60,972 nucleotides of DNA, filler included, from Vannella sp. (GCA_023345925.1; 5 parts of 5 records of this genome joined end to end with filler, not necessarily neighbours in it); one strand, 5' to 3'. Shown: positions 47,794-60,557, counted from the first letter of the whole stretch. Notes: generated from the letters alone by a model not told the origin. A program made the numbers and translations.

Positions 47794-47931
47794 GGTCACC
47801 ACAAAGGGAGGAAGGGAAATGATCCTTTTCGAGGGTCCTTCCCAAATGGATGGATCTTCCGATGTGAGAGAAGATCATGCATGTCATGTATAATAATGAG
47901 AATATATTTTCATTTGAATTGGGACTTGGAG

Positions 47932-48591
47932 ATGGAGACGGCGACCCTCAATCCCAACCCTGTTGTTTACGCTTCTGTTGAGGATTTGGACCGGCTTCGG
48001 TTGAGTTTGCGAGCGAGAGATCAGGATGAGAGTGTGGATGATCCATTTGACGCGCTGGAAGTGTTTGATATCCTTTTCTTGCGTTCTCTTTCGCTTTCCC
48101 CTTCAAAGGACGTTTATCCTCCTTGACGCTGCCCCTTTTACATCTGATTAGGAATATCAATGACCCAGAGCACCCTCTGACACTAGAACAGCTCAAAGTG
48201 GTGGACTTACAGAACGTCAGTGTGGACACTGAGACGAACGGCATCCAAATCTTCTTCACTCCTACCATCCCCCATTGCTCTATGGCCACCCTCATTGGAC
48301 TGTGCATCCGCGTGAAGCTTCTGCGATCTCTACCGCCTCGATTCAAGGTAAGACACCTCCTCCAGGCAGAAGGGAAGATGTTCACAAGGTTCAGGTCGAC
48401 ATCAACGTCTCTCCTGGAAGCCATGCCTCTGAAGAAGCAGGTATGCACCTCTTTTCAGTGAACTGGGAGTTGGATTGACCTTGACTTGCGCAGTCAACAA
48501 GCAACTCAACGATAAGGAGCGCATTGCAGCTGCTCTGGAGAACGAACAACTCCTCAAAGTGCTCAACAACTGCATCGCCCACACGGACTAG
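47932..48591 (+). CDS. CIAO2B: Cytosolic Fe-S assembly factor CIA2/MIP18/FAM96B
   Basis: [67 protein letters not shown]. Confidence 0.93.
48068..48141 (+). other. U12-type (minor spliceosome) AT-AC intron
   Basis: Donor ATATCCTTTT, branch TCCTTGAC (48120-48127), acceptor TTAC. Removal restores the conserved EVFDLIR. Confidence 0.92.
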
Positions 48592-48628
48592 CCTGCATGG
48601 AGCTGAAGTTATAGTTTAGTGCCTCTGA

Positions 48629-49780
48629 TCATTGCGCTCTGTTCGGGTAGATCTCTCTCGAGAACTCATGAACGGCATCAATGAAGGAACCAACCTTGAG
48701 TGGATCGTGATCGGGGTAGACTCCGTGCCCCAAGTTGGCGATGTGGTTGACGAGGCCTGTCTCATCGAAGAACTCGTTGATCATACTCTTTGTGTGTGCT
48801 CTGATGAGCTCTGTGTCTCCGTAGAGGATGCAGGGATCCAGGTTTCCTTGCAGACAGACTTTGCGACCCAGCTTGTGGCAGATGTCGATGATGGCACGAG
48901 GATCTGTCTCCCAGTCAAGGCAGATCACTTCGTACTGAGTCTCCTTGAGGATCAGCTCCATGGAGTAGTGCGCGCCCTTAGCGAAGAGGATCATAGGAGG
49001 CAGATACGCGAATCCTTCCTCCTTTCGCAGTGCTTCTCTCACGCGAAGTTCGATCTGCTTGTGGTAGGGCAGGCAGAACTCAGCAAACGCAGAAGGACAG
49101 AGAATACCAGCCCAAGAATCAAAGACCTTCAATAGCTGTGCTCCGCTCTTCGCTTGTTCCACCAAGAAAGAGACGATCACGTCTGTGATCGTCTGAAGGA
49201 GCTGGTGAGAGGCCTCAGGATACTTGTAAAGCCATGACTTGGCCTTAGAGAAGGTCTTGCTACCCTCTCCTTCAATCATGTAGGCCATGAGAGTCCAAGG
49301 AGCGCCTGTAAAGCCAATCAAAGGAACCCTTCCTCCCAGTTGGTGGCGAACTAAACGCACAGCTTCGATCGTGTACGCAAGAGACACCTTAACATCGACC
49401 TCTGCGGAGGTTTTAAGTCGGGAGAAGTCCGCAGGAGTGTTCAGGGGATCGGGGAAAGTCGGGCCTTTCCCACCTTTCATCACGCACTCCAGTCCCAGCA
49501 CCTTGGGGATGACCAGGATATCGGAGAAGATGATGCTTGCGTCCAAGCTGAATCGGTCAATCGGCTGCAGGGTGACCTCTGCTGCCATAGCTGGAGTCTC
49601 ACACATGACAAAGAAGTCCGCCGCCCGGTTCCTCACCTCGTGATACTCCGGCAGATACCGTCCTGCTTGTCGCATCACCCACACAGGCACATGTCCTTGC
49701 GATCTACCCATCGCCGCATCTAACAACAACGAGTTCTCCAGAGCCGGGAACAGTTCACCACTCACTCGGTCGCGTTCCAT
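48629..49780 (-). CDS. UROD: Uroporphyrinogen decarboxylase
   Basis: PVWVMRQAGRYLPEY, IIFSDILV, PLIGFTGAPWTLMAY, FDSWAG, LQGNLDP, IANLGHG. Confidence 0.97.
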   Translation of the reverse strand: MERDRVSGELFPALENSLLLDAAMGRSQGHVPVWVMRQAGRYLPEYHEVRNRAADFFVMCETPAMAAEVTLQPIDRFSLDASIIFSDILVIPKVLGLECVMKGGKGPTFPDPLNTPADFSRLKTSAEVDVKVSLAYTIEAVRLVRHQLGGRVPLIGFTGAPWTLMAYMIEGEGSKTFSKAKSWLYKYPEASHQLLQTITDVIVSFLVEQAKSGAQLLKVFDSWAGILCPSAFAEFCLPYHKQIELRVREALRKEEGFAYLPPMILFAKGAHYSMELILKETQYEVICLDWETDPRAIIDICHKLGRKVCLQGNLDPCILYGDTELIRAHTKSMINEFFDETGLVNHIANLGHGVYPDHDPLKVGSFIDAVHEFSREIYPNRAQ

Positions 49781-49825
49781 CGTAACAATGCGCATTTCCC
49801 CTTCATTTCACCTTCTTGCTGTCTG

Positions 49826-49925
49826 NNNNNNNNNNNNNNNNNNNNNNNNNNNNNNNNNNNNNNNNNNNNTTAATTAATTAANNNNNNNNNNNNNNNNNNN
49901 NNNNNNNNNNNNNNNNNNNNNNNNN
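49826..49925. other. Artificial contig linker
   Basis: N-run/TTAATTAATTAA/N-run. Confidence 0.98.
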
Positions 49926-50364
49926 CAGCCTTGGTCGTTCTTCTGGCCGAGGGCTGCTCGAGTGGGAGGTTGCACTACAAGATCGTGTAAGCATACTCAT
50001 ATACGTGTTAGGGGATTGGACGCTGTAAAGCTCTGCAGAGGGATTTCGGGCACACCCCAGAAGGGCCTCCAACTTGCCAACGAAATCAACGAGTGCTCTG
50101 CTCTGACTGATCGAGGTCTTCCATGAAGCCATTCGCGCCGCCCTCCAGCCCCACTCCAGAAGAGTGCAGGCTGCATCCTATGAGATCCCAACACAACTCC
50201 TCTTCAACACATCCGCTAATCGCACTCGTTGTCCATCCTCTCGAACACCAAAAACTGTCCACAGAATTATTGAATGACCATCTGTTTCAACAATCTCTTG
50301 TTGTAATAAATGCCAAGATTACAGAAGAGGTCATTTACTTGTACCCGATTGGGTGAGGAGCCGG

Positions 50365-52417
50365 ATGGAACCGAACGTGGCAGTGCCGAATAAGCCACGA
50401 AGCAGGTTGAATCTTGAAGAGGGAACAGAGGCACTGAAGATGAAGCGGTTGCAAAGGCTAGTGGAAGGAGCCCTTCAACAGGGACGAAAAAAACTTCGCA
50501 TCATCGAGCTCTCCTTCGCGGAGATCTCCATTCCCAATCAAATCACAAGTGAGACCAAGTCACTATGCTCTATCGTCATAGAGATCAACGAGGTTGGCGC
50601 TCCATCCAGCCTGCCGTTTACGCCCATCTCACTCTCCGCCCTTTTCTAGCTCCTTCGCCCCTTTCCTGAAGCCACAGGGGCTCAAAGCCCACGGCGCCCT
50701 CCTTCTGATCAAGAAGGGAAGTTGGCGTTGTTCAAACACAACGTTGCAGTGATGATGGCGAGCATCTACGCGCGCCTCCGCTCGGTAGAGAGCTTTGTCA
50801 TGAGTACCAACTCGCTTCCGCAAGCAATGGCAGTTGCAGTGACTGTACGAGACATCACGAAGGTAAGAACAGCAACAAACCAACCAGGGCATGCTCTCAG
50901 ACCCTCCGACGGCTTCTGACCTCTCTTGCAGCATCTCAAGATCGTCTCAGACCACAAAGGAGCACGTCTGATCACTGTACCTCCAGAGAAGGAGCGGGGG
51001 ATGCTCGTTCGCAACTCTGATGGACTCCCAGTCAATGAAATGGTCAACTTCTACACCAAACTGGGGAGAGACGACCTTGAAGTCCCTCCTAATGCCTCCA
51101 AACGAATCTCAGCATCAGCGGAACGCAGAGCCTCAGCAGACTCGGTAAGAGAAGTCCAATCGGACGATGAAGTCTCCGCCAGCACCCCTGCTCCTCTCTC
51201 CTCTCGAAGGGAAGGGCCCAGTGAAGAGGAGGAGCCCAACCCAGAGATCCAATTGCGTGAGGATGACAAAATACAAATGGCACTCGCTGTTGAGCGCCGC
51301 ATGAACACTCTCAGCAAGAAGGACGGCCATGACATTGCTGAGATGCTCGAGAACCCTTCCGTTAGCACCTTCTTCTCCATGGACGATAAGAGATCACTTG
51401 ATCCGTCACGTCACAATGCCAGCCGCCTTCTAGAGGTTGGTACAAGCTCTATTCTCTCCGCCAACTTCGAAACTCACTCTGGCACAGAAGGAAGGACGAG
51501 TATTCTACTCTGGCATCCTCAAGAAGAAGGTTTCAACCATGATGAGCTTGAGCAGGGCATGGAAACCCTTCTTCTGGGTGCTAGACTCGTCCCAATTAAG
51601 TTGCTTTCAATCTGATATGGTGAGTGAGGAGTTGGCCAAGTCACTTTGACACTGACTGACTGCTTTTCAGGCCCGCTTTCCTCTCAAATCTTATCCCATT
51701 ACTGGACTTCGCAACTGTTCGTGGGATGGAAGGCTTGCTGAAGTAAGGAGAGAGTTGGAGACGGTCACCTTTGAAGCTAGTAGGAACGAGAAGAAGATGT
51801 CTCTTCAAGCGGAGGATCATTTGGAGATGGTCCGTTGGGTGTGTGCTATCGACGCTATTCAAATAAGTAGGAAGATTGACCCTTCTTTACTCAATCCCAT
51901 CGATAAGCATCGTCTACTGAACTTCTCCTACAAGGATAAGTTCAAGGGCGGGGAGATTGAGTCATCTTATGGAGAATCTTGGTCCTACAGTGCGGAGGGA
52001 GTGCTCAGATCTACAACGAAACAGTCCTTGGAGTTAGTCTATCGCTGGGATGGCGAAATGCTGATCGGTGTGGATAACCTGAGTCGAGAGCTGGGTTCTG
52101 GCAAGTGGGATGGAATCACATTGGTCTGGTACAACGAATCCTCTAATGGAATGATCGCTACACCTGCAGTACGATTTGACTGGAACCTTAGTAGTAGAGA
52201 GTACACAAATGCAATTGAAGATACTCAAGTCTGGAAGTGGACCCGGCACTTCTTGGCTTCCAAGTTTGGTGCAGGAGAATGGATTGTCGAAGGAGATGTA
52301 CCAGAACCAGTTGTCATGTTCCTTCAGATGATAAGAACTTCTCGACTGCAACGAACAGTTGACCAAGAGCTCCCAGTGGAGGACCAAGAGCTCCCTGTGG
52401 AGACCCCAAGTGATTGA
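50365..52417 (+). CDS. PH-domain protein with Trp-rich C-terminal beta domain
   Basis: YSGILKKK...AWKPFFWVL...QAEDHLEMVRWVCAI (PH). C-terminus has repeated W-D-G/W-x-W motifs. Several introns. Confidence 0.7.
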
Positions 52418-52450
52418 ATATTGTATTCTCCACATAAACATGTATTCAAA

Positions 52451-54945
52451 CTAGACGCAGCGCTCAGCTATGTTACTATTCTTTGGCTGAATGAAGCCAA
52501 GTAGTTGCAACTCTGTTAATGCTCTCAAATAGCGGGCTCTACGACCAACACGTGAGTCGCCATCCACCAATCGATAGGTTGCTTACTGCGTTGAATCATT
52601 CGGCTCCTTTCTCTTTGTGCTGGCATCCGTAAATTGAACGTACCAATCGTACAGATTAACCCTTTTCCCTTTCTCTTCATAGAAAGAGAATGCCAGACAA
52701 GTGTCTGGGACCTTATGAGGAGGGAGCGCTCCCAAATAAAGCTCTGGATGGGCCAGACTTTGTCGAATAACAGCTTGTAACTGAGGAGTGAAGGCCTGTT
52801 GCCACATTAAGTAAACAAAAAATGGAGAGAAGTCATTACCTCTTGAAGAGGGCGCATCTGATTGTAGCTGAAGGCTTCGTGAAGAGGAAAGAGAGAGGTC
52901 GGCTTCATAAACTGGTGGAGAAATTTGGTGATAAGCCGTCGCAGCTTTTTGAAAGTCTCTTCTTGAAGCGGCGATCCCGGTCCTTCTTGCTGTGATCGGA
53001 TGAGGCTCATCAAATGAGCCAATGCGGGCAGAACCTTGTCGAAATGTGGTTGATGTGCTTCTAAAATCTCCTTCCACGTATCCAGAACATGAATCGCCAC
53101 GTCAGATCGCTTCAGTCTCTTTCTGTAGCATATCTGAGTACCTTTGCCACAGAGGAAGTATCGAAAGGAACTTACTTGAGGAAGGATTGTCGCAGGATGT
53201 GGAAGCGCTGGAGTGGATCAGGGTGATGTGCATAGAGATACAAGAAGTGCAAGTACTCCTTGGATTTCTCGTGTGAGAAATAAGGAAGATTCGAATAGCA
53301 CTGGAAGGCGACCCTAGAAGGATGGCAGTGAGAAAGTGAAAAAGGAGAATTGCTGAACTTACGAGAAGAGAAGGCGTGAACGAATGATCGTCTCCACCCA
53401 GTAGACAACGTATTGGCCCAGTGCAGAGTCACTCTTTTGGAGCAACTTGGACTTGGCTGGCTCCAACTGACTCAACGCCAGTTGGACGGAAGGAAGAGAG
53501 CGAATATACTTAAAGTGGCACTTTGCAAGCTTCTGTACCAAGTCTGAGGCAGGGAATAGTCCTTTCTCTGTTTGGTCTTCCAAGCTCATAGAAAGGGTGA
53601 GGAAGCTGATTGGGCATTTGAAGAAGTGTTCCATGTAAACGTATTGAAGTGACCTTCTGAAGCTCTCAATTGACACATTTGCTTCTTCAAACCGATTGAA
53701 AATCACCTCTAAAGCCTGGAATCCCAAATGGACCACAGGGGGACTCTCTAGGAACACCTGTTGAAGGATGAGCTTGAGTTGTTCATTCGGAGGCGAGAAC
53801 CGGAATTTCTCCATCATAAGGCGAGAGCAGATGCTTCTGGGAAGCATCTGATGGATACTGGCAACTGACGTGGCCAATCCGATAACAAAACAGAAGGGAA
53901 TCTCTTCCAAGTGGTTACTGCAAATGGACACAAGAAGCTGTGCGACCTCTGTAGAGAAGCATTCAAAGTCAAGCAGTAACACCCCTATTCGTACAGAGCC
54001 TATGGGTACCTTAAGAGACTGACAGAGGCTCGGATACCATTGAAGGAGCTGCCTCATCGTTGCTCCGGCTCGGTTAGCTGGCTTTTGAGCTGAAAGGGAG
54101 GCTGGGTTGAGGGGATGTGACATGCAGAGAGATACCAGAGAGTAGAGTGCGTGTGAAGGACTCGCACAATCCTTGGATTGGAGCGTGATCATCAATGTGC
54201 GACGAGGGACCGCCTTTTTGTTTGTATTTGGAGCTTCTAGCTGCTGTACTAGGTCATGTAGTAGTCTCTTATGGTCTAGAACGTTCATGCCAACCACAAT
54301 TACAGCAGTGGGAAGCTGGGCTTGACCCCCAATCTCCGAAAGATCTTTCAAATATTGCTGGGACTCGGCTGATTGCTCATCCTCAGGTCCTGAGACGAAC
54401 TGGCAGATGTTTTTGAACGTGGCAACATACACAGAGTCCCTGACAGCCTGAATCTGGCGCTGAAGTACCTCCCAATGGTGCTGATATGCGTCATATCGGA
54501 GTTGGCAGGTCTCTTCCGGCTCAGCCCGCCCCAAAAGAGGCGGAAATGCACTGTAGGAGCTTCCCTTAGTTCCTTTTACCTTCGTTGGAGCTACCAAGAA
54601 GCAGCCTTGAGTGATAGAGCGCTCCTCTTCCTCCTGATCACGTTCAGTGCGATTTGGGGTGGCATGCCCTTTCCTCTTCGCAGCCGGACGCTTTGCCGGT
54701 TTCTTTCTCTTTGTGTATGACTCATCCGGATCCTCCCCCTCCTCCGGGTCACTATCCTCCTCCTCCACAAGGCCATCAGCCCAAACAACCTCGTCCTCGT
54801 CACTCTCCACCCCGACCACCTCAAAGTCCTGCTCTACCATCTTCTTCAGCTTCTTCTCCCTCTTCGTCTCCTGCTCCCCCTCACTATCCGAGTGTTCAGC
54901 ATAAGAAACAGCGACCGAAGCATGACGAGACAAACGGCGAGCCAT
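52451..54945 (-). CDS. ORC3: Origin recognition complex subunit 3
   Basis: LRYDAYQHHW, LPTAVIVVGMNVLDH, LQSKDC, DFECFS, FVIGLATS, YMEHF, PLHE, NLYDWY, RALTELQLLGFI. Confidence 0.9.
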
Positions 54946-55000
54946 AATAATACGAAAGAATTTATTAAAAATATACAAAATAAAGGGAAAGGCCGCCGCC

Positions 55001-55593
55001 CTAATAATAGCGAGCAAAGTTGGGCTGAGGTTGAGCTTGTTGAACTTGTTGGGAAGCAAAGCGACCTTGCGGACACGTCGACATGGCCACACCACCTTGG
55101 CGGATGTAGTCATGAAGTAGCTCGTTGGCTTTTTCGGGGGTTCCAGCGAGGGAGAGGAGGTAGGAGTGGAGCTGCTCCATCTTTTGTCGTTTTTCGTCAA
55201 AGAAGGTGGGTTGGGGGAGGAACTGAGGGAGAGTGGCGCTTTGGGTCGCTTGAGGGCTTGTAAAAGTGGTCTGTACTTCCTTGAAGAGACTGGAAAGGGG
55301 AGGGAGCTGAGGGGTGGCTCGTGGTGGGTATTCGGGCGTGGCAACAGGTGTCGACATGGGCTCAGGAGGGGAGGCCTCTCTTGCAGTTGGGGAGGGTGCT
55401 TGAACACGGGGACCCATGGGAAGGCCTCTCTCCTTCCTCTTTTGACACTTGTAGCAGTAGTTGCGCTTAGTAACGATACGGTCGCACCCAGTGTTGTTGC
55501 ATTGGCGCGGCCCTCCGCCTCTTCTCCTTTTCACAACCTCCTCTACAGGTTCAAAGACCAGAGGAGTAGTTGGCGCTGGTTGCACCTGCTGCT

Positions 55594-55628
<35 letters not shown>

Positions 55629-55765
55629 TGTTGTACTGCAAACTCTCTGTTCCTCGCTTGCATTGCGAGGAGAAACCCTGAGCGAGCCTCAGGGGGCATT
55701 TGGGAAAAGTATTGTTGTTGCGCTGGAGTCATGGACAGCACATAGCTGGCGACTCTCGGATCCAT
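55001..55765 (-). CDS. Gln-rich protein with CxxxxC..CxxC zinc-finger-like motif (putative transcription factor)
   Basis: Poly-Q, basic KRRR, CNNTGC...CYKCQKRKERG. Confidence 0.65.
55586..55633 (-). repeat. CAA/CAG microsatellite encoding poly-Gln
   Basis: Mixed CTG/TTG triplets on the + strand. Confidence 0.9.
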
Positions 55766-56121
55766 GGAGAAGAAAGATGTGAAGACTGCGGGAAGAGAAC
55801 CCTAAAAATGACGCAATTCAAGGAAAGATCTTGATTGGTCTCAGCAGAGACAAGTTTGAATAAATTGCACTCAATGCCTCCTTTTTTCATCAGGTTCCTT
55901 TGATTGTGGTTTAGTGGGTGGAAAATGGGTCGATTTAATCACCCACGCTGGCCGTTGAAAAGTGGCTTCAAATTCGACCGGGACCATTACGAATGAACTT
56001 TTTATGTGTTTGCGGACGTGGTTGAGTGGGGCGGTGAATTCTCTCCTGGCGGGGCCTGCGGACGACCATAGTTCTGGTCAAACACACGACAGCAAAGAAC
56101 ATAAGATAAGGCAAGGAGCAC

Positions 56122-58030
56122 TCAAGTTTTATTCTCTTCTTTGATACCCTCCCAAGTCTGTCGGTTGGTGAGGAGAATCTCAGAGCACGTTTTGGTTTTG
56201 GGAAGGAACTTCTCAAGAACAGCAAACAACGGAATCACAAAATAGTCTGCAAACCCAGTTTGCATAAGGGCAAGGTTAGGATTCTCCCGGTCCATGAATC
56301 CAGAAATGTCACGTCCTTCTGTCCGTTCCAAATCGCCCTGTCTTATGTTAGACATTGAAGGAATGGAAAGAAGAATCGCTTACCTGAATGAAAAATTCTT
56401 CTTGAACCATATCGGCCCAGTACCGAGCAACGGGGAAGGGCTTGGCAGGATTAGATATATCGGCAGCCTTAATTAGTATCTGCATGAGCAGCAAATGGTG
56501 ATCCGCATTGTCGGCTTGGAAGCTTCCTGCAGTGGCTTGTGCCTTATTGAGAAGTTCCATATGTTTAGAAAGGTCGGTGGCAAGGATGCATCCAATGACA
56601 AGCTTGCGAACAGTACTGTACTGCACTTTGTCGAGATTCTCGAAGATGTTGCATTCCGGGTCAGACAAGATGGTGAAGGCGAGAGCACAATGGAAGTTCT
56701 CTAACACAGACTGGTCATTGTAGCGAATGGCCAGTTCATGGCGAGAGGTTATCAGATACGGGTTGTTCAGACCAAAATGGCCCACATCGTGGCAGATGGA
56801 GGCAATAAGAACAGCGAAGATCTCAAGATGGTTCAGGAAGGTGGCCCCATCTCCATCCGTTAGAAAGGCGTAGACACTTTGTGTGACGTCGAACCCGTGG
56901 ATGAAGTTGTGGTAAGGATTCTTCGCCACGTACTTGGAACGAACCGTCAGAAGGAACCGCTGGAACTTCTCACGATCAACTTGGAACATCTCAAGCAATC
57001 CAAAGTCATCAAACATGTTGTTGAGGTAGACCACGAGGTCGTCCTCTCTCTTTGACCAGACGTCGTATTGGAAGGTTCGGAGCTCCCTCACCTCCTCCTC
57101 GTTACTTGAAGACCACTCAACCTTACCAGTATCTACCACTTCGTTAAGAACGGAGGCTGTGAACTGGCCTCCAAGCTCAGTTATCAGCCACTTCTTCGTT
57201 ACGCTGTCCACCGATTGGTTTCTCATCATCTTGGTGAAGGCAGGCTTGTACAGGTTGGAAGATGCCAGTGATTGAAGTATTTGGCTGAGAGCAGACTTGA
57301 TCTCAGGCGTCAGATTGGCCTGGGTTTGGAGATCCGCGATTGTTCGAGTGATGGCGTTAATGGGCGTATCTACCGCCTGGTCGATCTTAGAGGTGAGATC
57401 AGTGAGTTGAGACTGAAGGTTCTGTAGTTCTTTGTCTAGGTTGTCGCTTTTGCTCCTCTCCTCCTTGAGCTCTTGAATGATAGCGCCTTCCTTCTTCTTC
57501 TTCCAGATGTTGGACCAGAGGTTCTTCAGTTGTGGTAATCGAACTGGTTTGACCATGTAATCGTCTGCTCCTATGCTTAGACACTTGTACACGGTGCTGA
57601 GATCCTCCGTAGCAGAAACCACTGCAGTTCGGTGTTAGTCGTTACCCCAAAGAGAGGGAGCGGAGGAGTAAATCGGATAAATGACACATACTTATAACAG
57701 ACATCTCATGAGCGTGAGGGAGCTTGCGGATCTCTGTAAGCAAAGCCAAGCCGTCCATCCCTGGCATGAGCACATCACAAAGAGCGATGTGATATGTGTT
57801 GTTCCTGATGAGATCAAGTGCTTCAAATGGAGAAGAACAACATGTGATACCTACAAACAAGTCAGTTCTCCCATCCCAACACCCCCCTTTTGTAAGTGCT
57901 CACACTCATAGCCGCTTTTGCGTAGACCCCGTTCCAGCACCTTCCGTGCTACTGGTTCATCATCAATGACAATGATGTTCAGACTCTTCAACTGAGACTG
58001 AAGATCAGGCGTCCCGTCAGCTGGAGTCAT
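56122..58030 (-). CDS. regA: Response-regulator receiver + class I cyclic-nucleotide phosphodiesterase (RegA-like)
   Basis: Receiver IIVIDDE...CDVLMPGMDG...GADDYMVKP; PDE NPYHNFIHGFDV, HDVGHFG, SVLENFH, ILATDL, ADISNP, QGDLER. Confidence 0.85.
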
Positions 58031-58319
58031 GCAAATGAACTCCCTAACGCCCAAGCAATGCTTCCAAATGGGGCCAGAAAAGGAGCAAAAACGCCCAACC
58101 CACTTCCAACACTTGGCGCAACCCACACCAGAAAAGAATGTTGGATAAATAACAAAACCATTGCAATTAGGGAGGCTCATGGAACACAACCAACCTCATT
58201 TTTGGTGTGAACCCAATCAATTTGCCCAGCCCAAAAGCGGTTCATTTTCATCAACACCCCAGTCGTGTCTAATCTATCAATTGAATTGTTAAGCGGGACA
58301 TTTTTCTTACGCCCGTGTC

Positions 58320-60557
58320 ATGCCGACATACGAGGAGTTGGTGGCGTTGCTGGCGGTGACTGACCCGGCAGCGGTAGTGGAGCTGATTTTGAGGAAGGCG
58401 CACTCGGGAGATGGGTTACAGGCAGCTTGGGGACTGTTGGAGGAGCTGGTGGAACAATCGGCGAGGCCGCCGGTGTTGCGCTCGGTTGATTCTCTCGTGG
58501 AGGAGCCTATTCTTGCCAATGCCTTCAAGAGGTTCTTACGAGAGCGCTTTTGCGTGGAGATGTGGGACTTCTGGTGCGATGCAAAGGCATTCCGGGCCAC
58601 TTTCTCGTCTTGTGGTGAAAGCGCGCGTTTCGCGTACGTTTCGGTCTTCTTCGCTCTTTTGGCGCTTGGAGACTCACAGGAGAAATAGAGAGGCATACAG
58701 AATATACGATACCTACATCAGAGATGGTGCACACTTGCAGGTCAATGTGGACTACGAGATTCGCACTGAAATTGCCTCTTTCTTCGCAGATCTCAAGCTC
58801 CCTGAGACAGCTGACTCACTTTCATTTGAAAAGAAAAGCTTTCGCCCAAGTATGAAAGACTTCAAGGTGCCCAGTGCGTCTGAGAGAGCCCATACAATGC
58901 GAAGAGTCAGCGAGCAGTTTTCGAGCTCCAGCGCCCTCCAGATAACTCAGAAGCTCTTCTGGAAGGCAGAAATGGAAATAGTCTACTTGCTCGAGAAATC
59001 TGAGCTTCCATCCTTCTGCAGCAATCCCTCCTACGCTTCCAAGCAAGTCATTCTTCCTCTTTCGTTCCATCTTACTCACCCTTCACAGCTTGCAACTTGT
59101 CAAAACCAAACGATCGATTGAACTGACCACGGGGAACTACAATCTGCATGACTTTGACTTGGAACCAGGGGAATGGCGACTTTTGATGACAAACGCACAA
59201 GAAAGCAACCACATACGAGGCGAGCAAATCACTGCACAGGGAGAGTACTCTCCCAAACTGTTTTATGTAGTAGATGGAGAGCTAGAAAGTACAACCCAGA
59301 GAGGATCTGGCGTAGTACTGAAATGGCCGATATCTGGGGGTTGTCTCTTCGGAGAGATTACGGTCTTTTCAGGGACTTTCCGGGCTTTCTCAACTGTTTC
59401 TGTGATATCTGAAACGGCAACTATTCGCTGCCTCAACCTACCGATGATCTTTCAGTACTTCCTTTTGGAGCCAGTTGTAGCAATGAGGTTCTATGTGTTG
59501 GTTGGCAAGAGACTCAGCCGATTACTCCAAGCAGCCGACCTTCATTCGGAAGGCGCACTGGAAGAATCAGCAAAGGTCCTGCAGGAGGTATCGGTGACGA
59601 AACTCGAGGAGTTTGAACTTATCAACCAAGAACCCTCGGAAGGTCTCTCTTCAAGTCTTTTCCGGCAGCTTTTCCCATCACTGAGCCAACAAAATGTACT
59701 ATGTGAATGTGATGGTGTGCTGGAAACATCTCTCCGTTCGAGAAAAGTGGTTATTTACATCACTCACAACACGTTCAACTACGTTGACCAAGGCAAGGGA
59801 TTGGTTAGTAGCAAGATAGTGTTGATGTCTCGTTATTAACCCAGTGAAGGTAAAAAGTATCCCCATTCACGAAGCAGAGGTGCTTGTCACACGCTCTTGC
59901 CGATTGCTCCTCATTTGGAGAAGAAAGAGGTGCACGATGCGTTTTCCTGAGAACGGTATTAGAGACCGTGTGGTTATGCTTCTTGAAACTTTGAAATCGA
60001 ACAACAAAGAGCAAACCCTTGAGGAAGCTGTGACGGCTGTCATCAAATTTCAACCTACTTTGACTCAAAGTGATTGGAAAGAACTGATTCGAGTAGCCCA
60101 GCAACACACTGATGAGACTTCTTCATTCGCAAGCCCGGAATCGGAGACAGTAGTGACAAAACATACGTACTACACCGAGTACTCCTTTGGAGATACCATT
60201 TCTAGTCAAGGGCAGCTTCACCAGAGGATCATCCGCGTGATAGAAGGATCTTGTGTCGCTGAGAGAGTGTGCGACCTACCAGATGGTAAAACTTCCTCAA
60301 GGTCTCTTTACACTCTTGGAATGGAAGAAGTGGCCGGGGAAAGTTCCTTTTTCGTGTCAGATACTTCGCACTACTCTCTGATTGCGAACGAGGCTGCTGT
60401 AACAGTCCTTGAGATCAGTGGGACATTCGTACAAACCATCTTCTTCGCCCAAAACCCCCAAGCTGTTGTCCGCTTTTACGACTTCTTCTGTCGCTCATTG
60501 GCTGCCCGCGTCCTCCGTTCATTTGCAGCACTACAAGATAATGATAATATAAACTGA
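58320..60557 (+). CDS. RGS domain + cNMP-binding-GRAM-like-cNMP-binding protein
   Basis: RGS FKRFLRERFCVEMWDFW...IYDTYIRDGAHLQVNVD; cNMP GEQITAQGE...LFGEIT and GDTISSQGQ...VAGESSF. Confidence 0.8.

Noticed and set aside
52361..52402. 21-nt tandem duplication (DQELPVE x2)
   Set aside because: Ordinary local duplication in a disordered C-terminus.
55461..55745. Poly-Cys, poly-Leu and poly-Val ORFs on the + strand
   Set aside because: Antisense shadows of the poly-Gln CAA/CAG tract.
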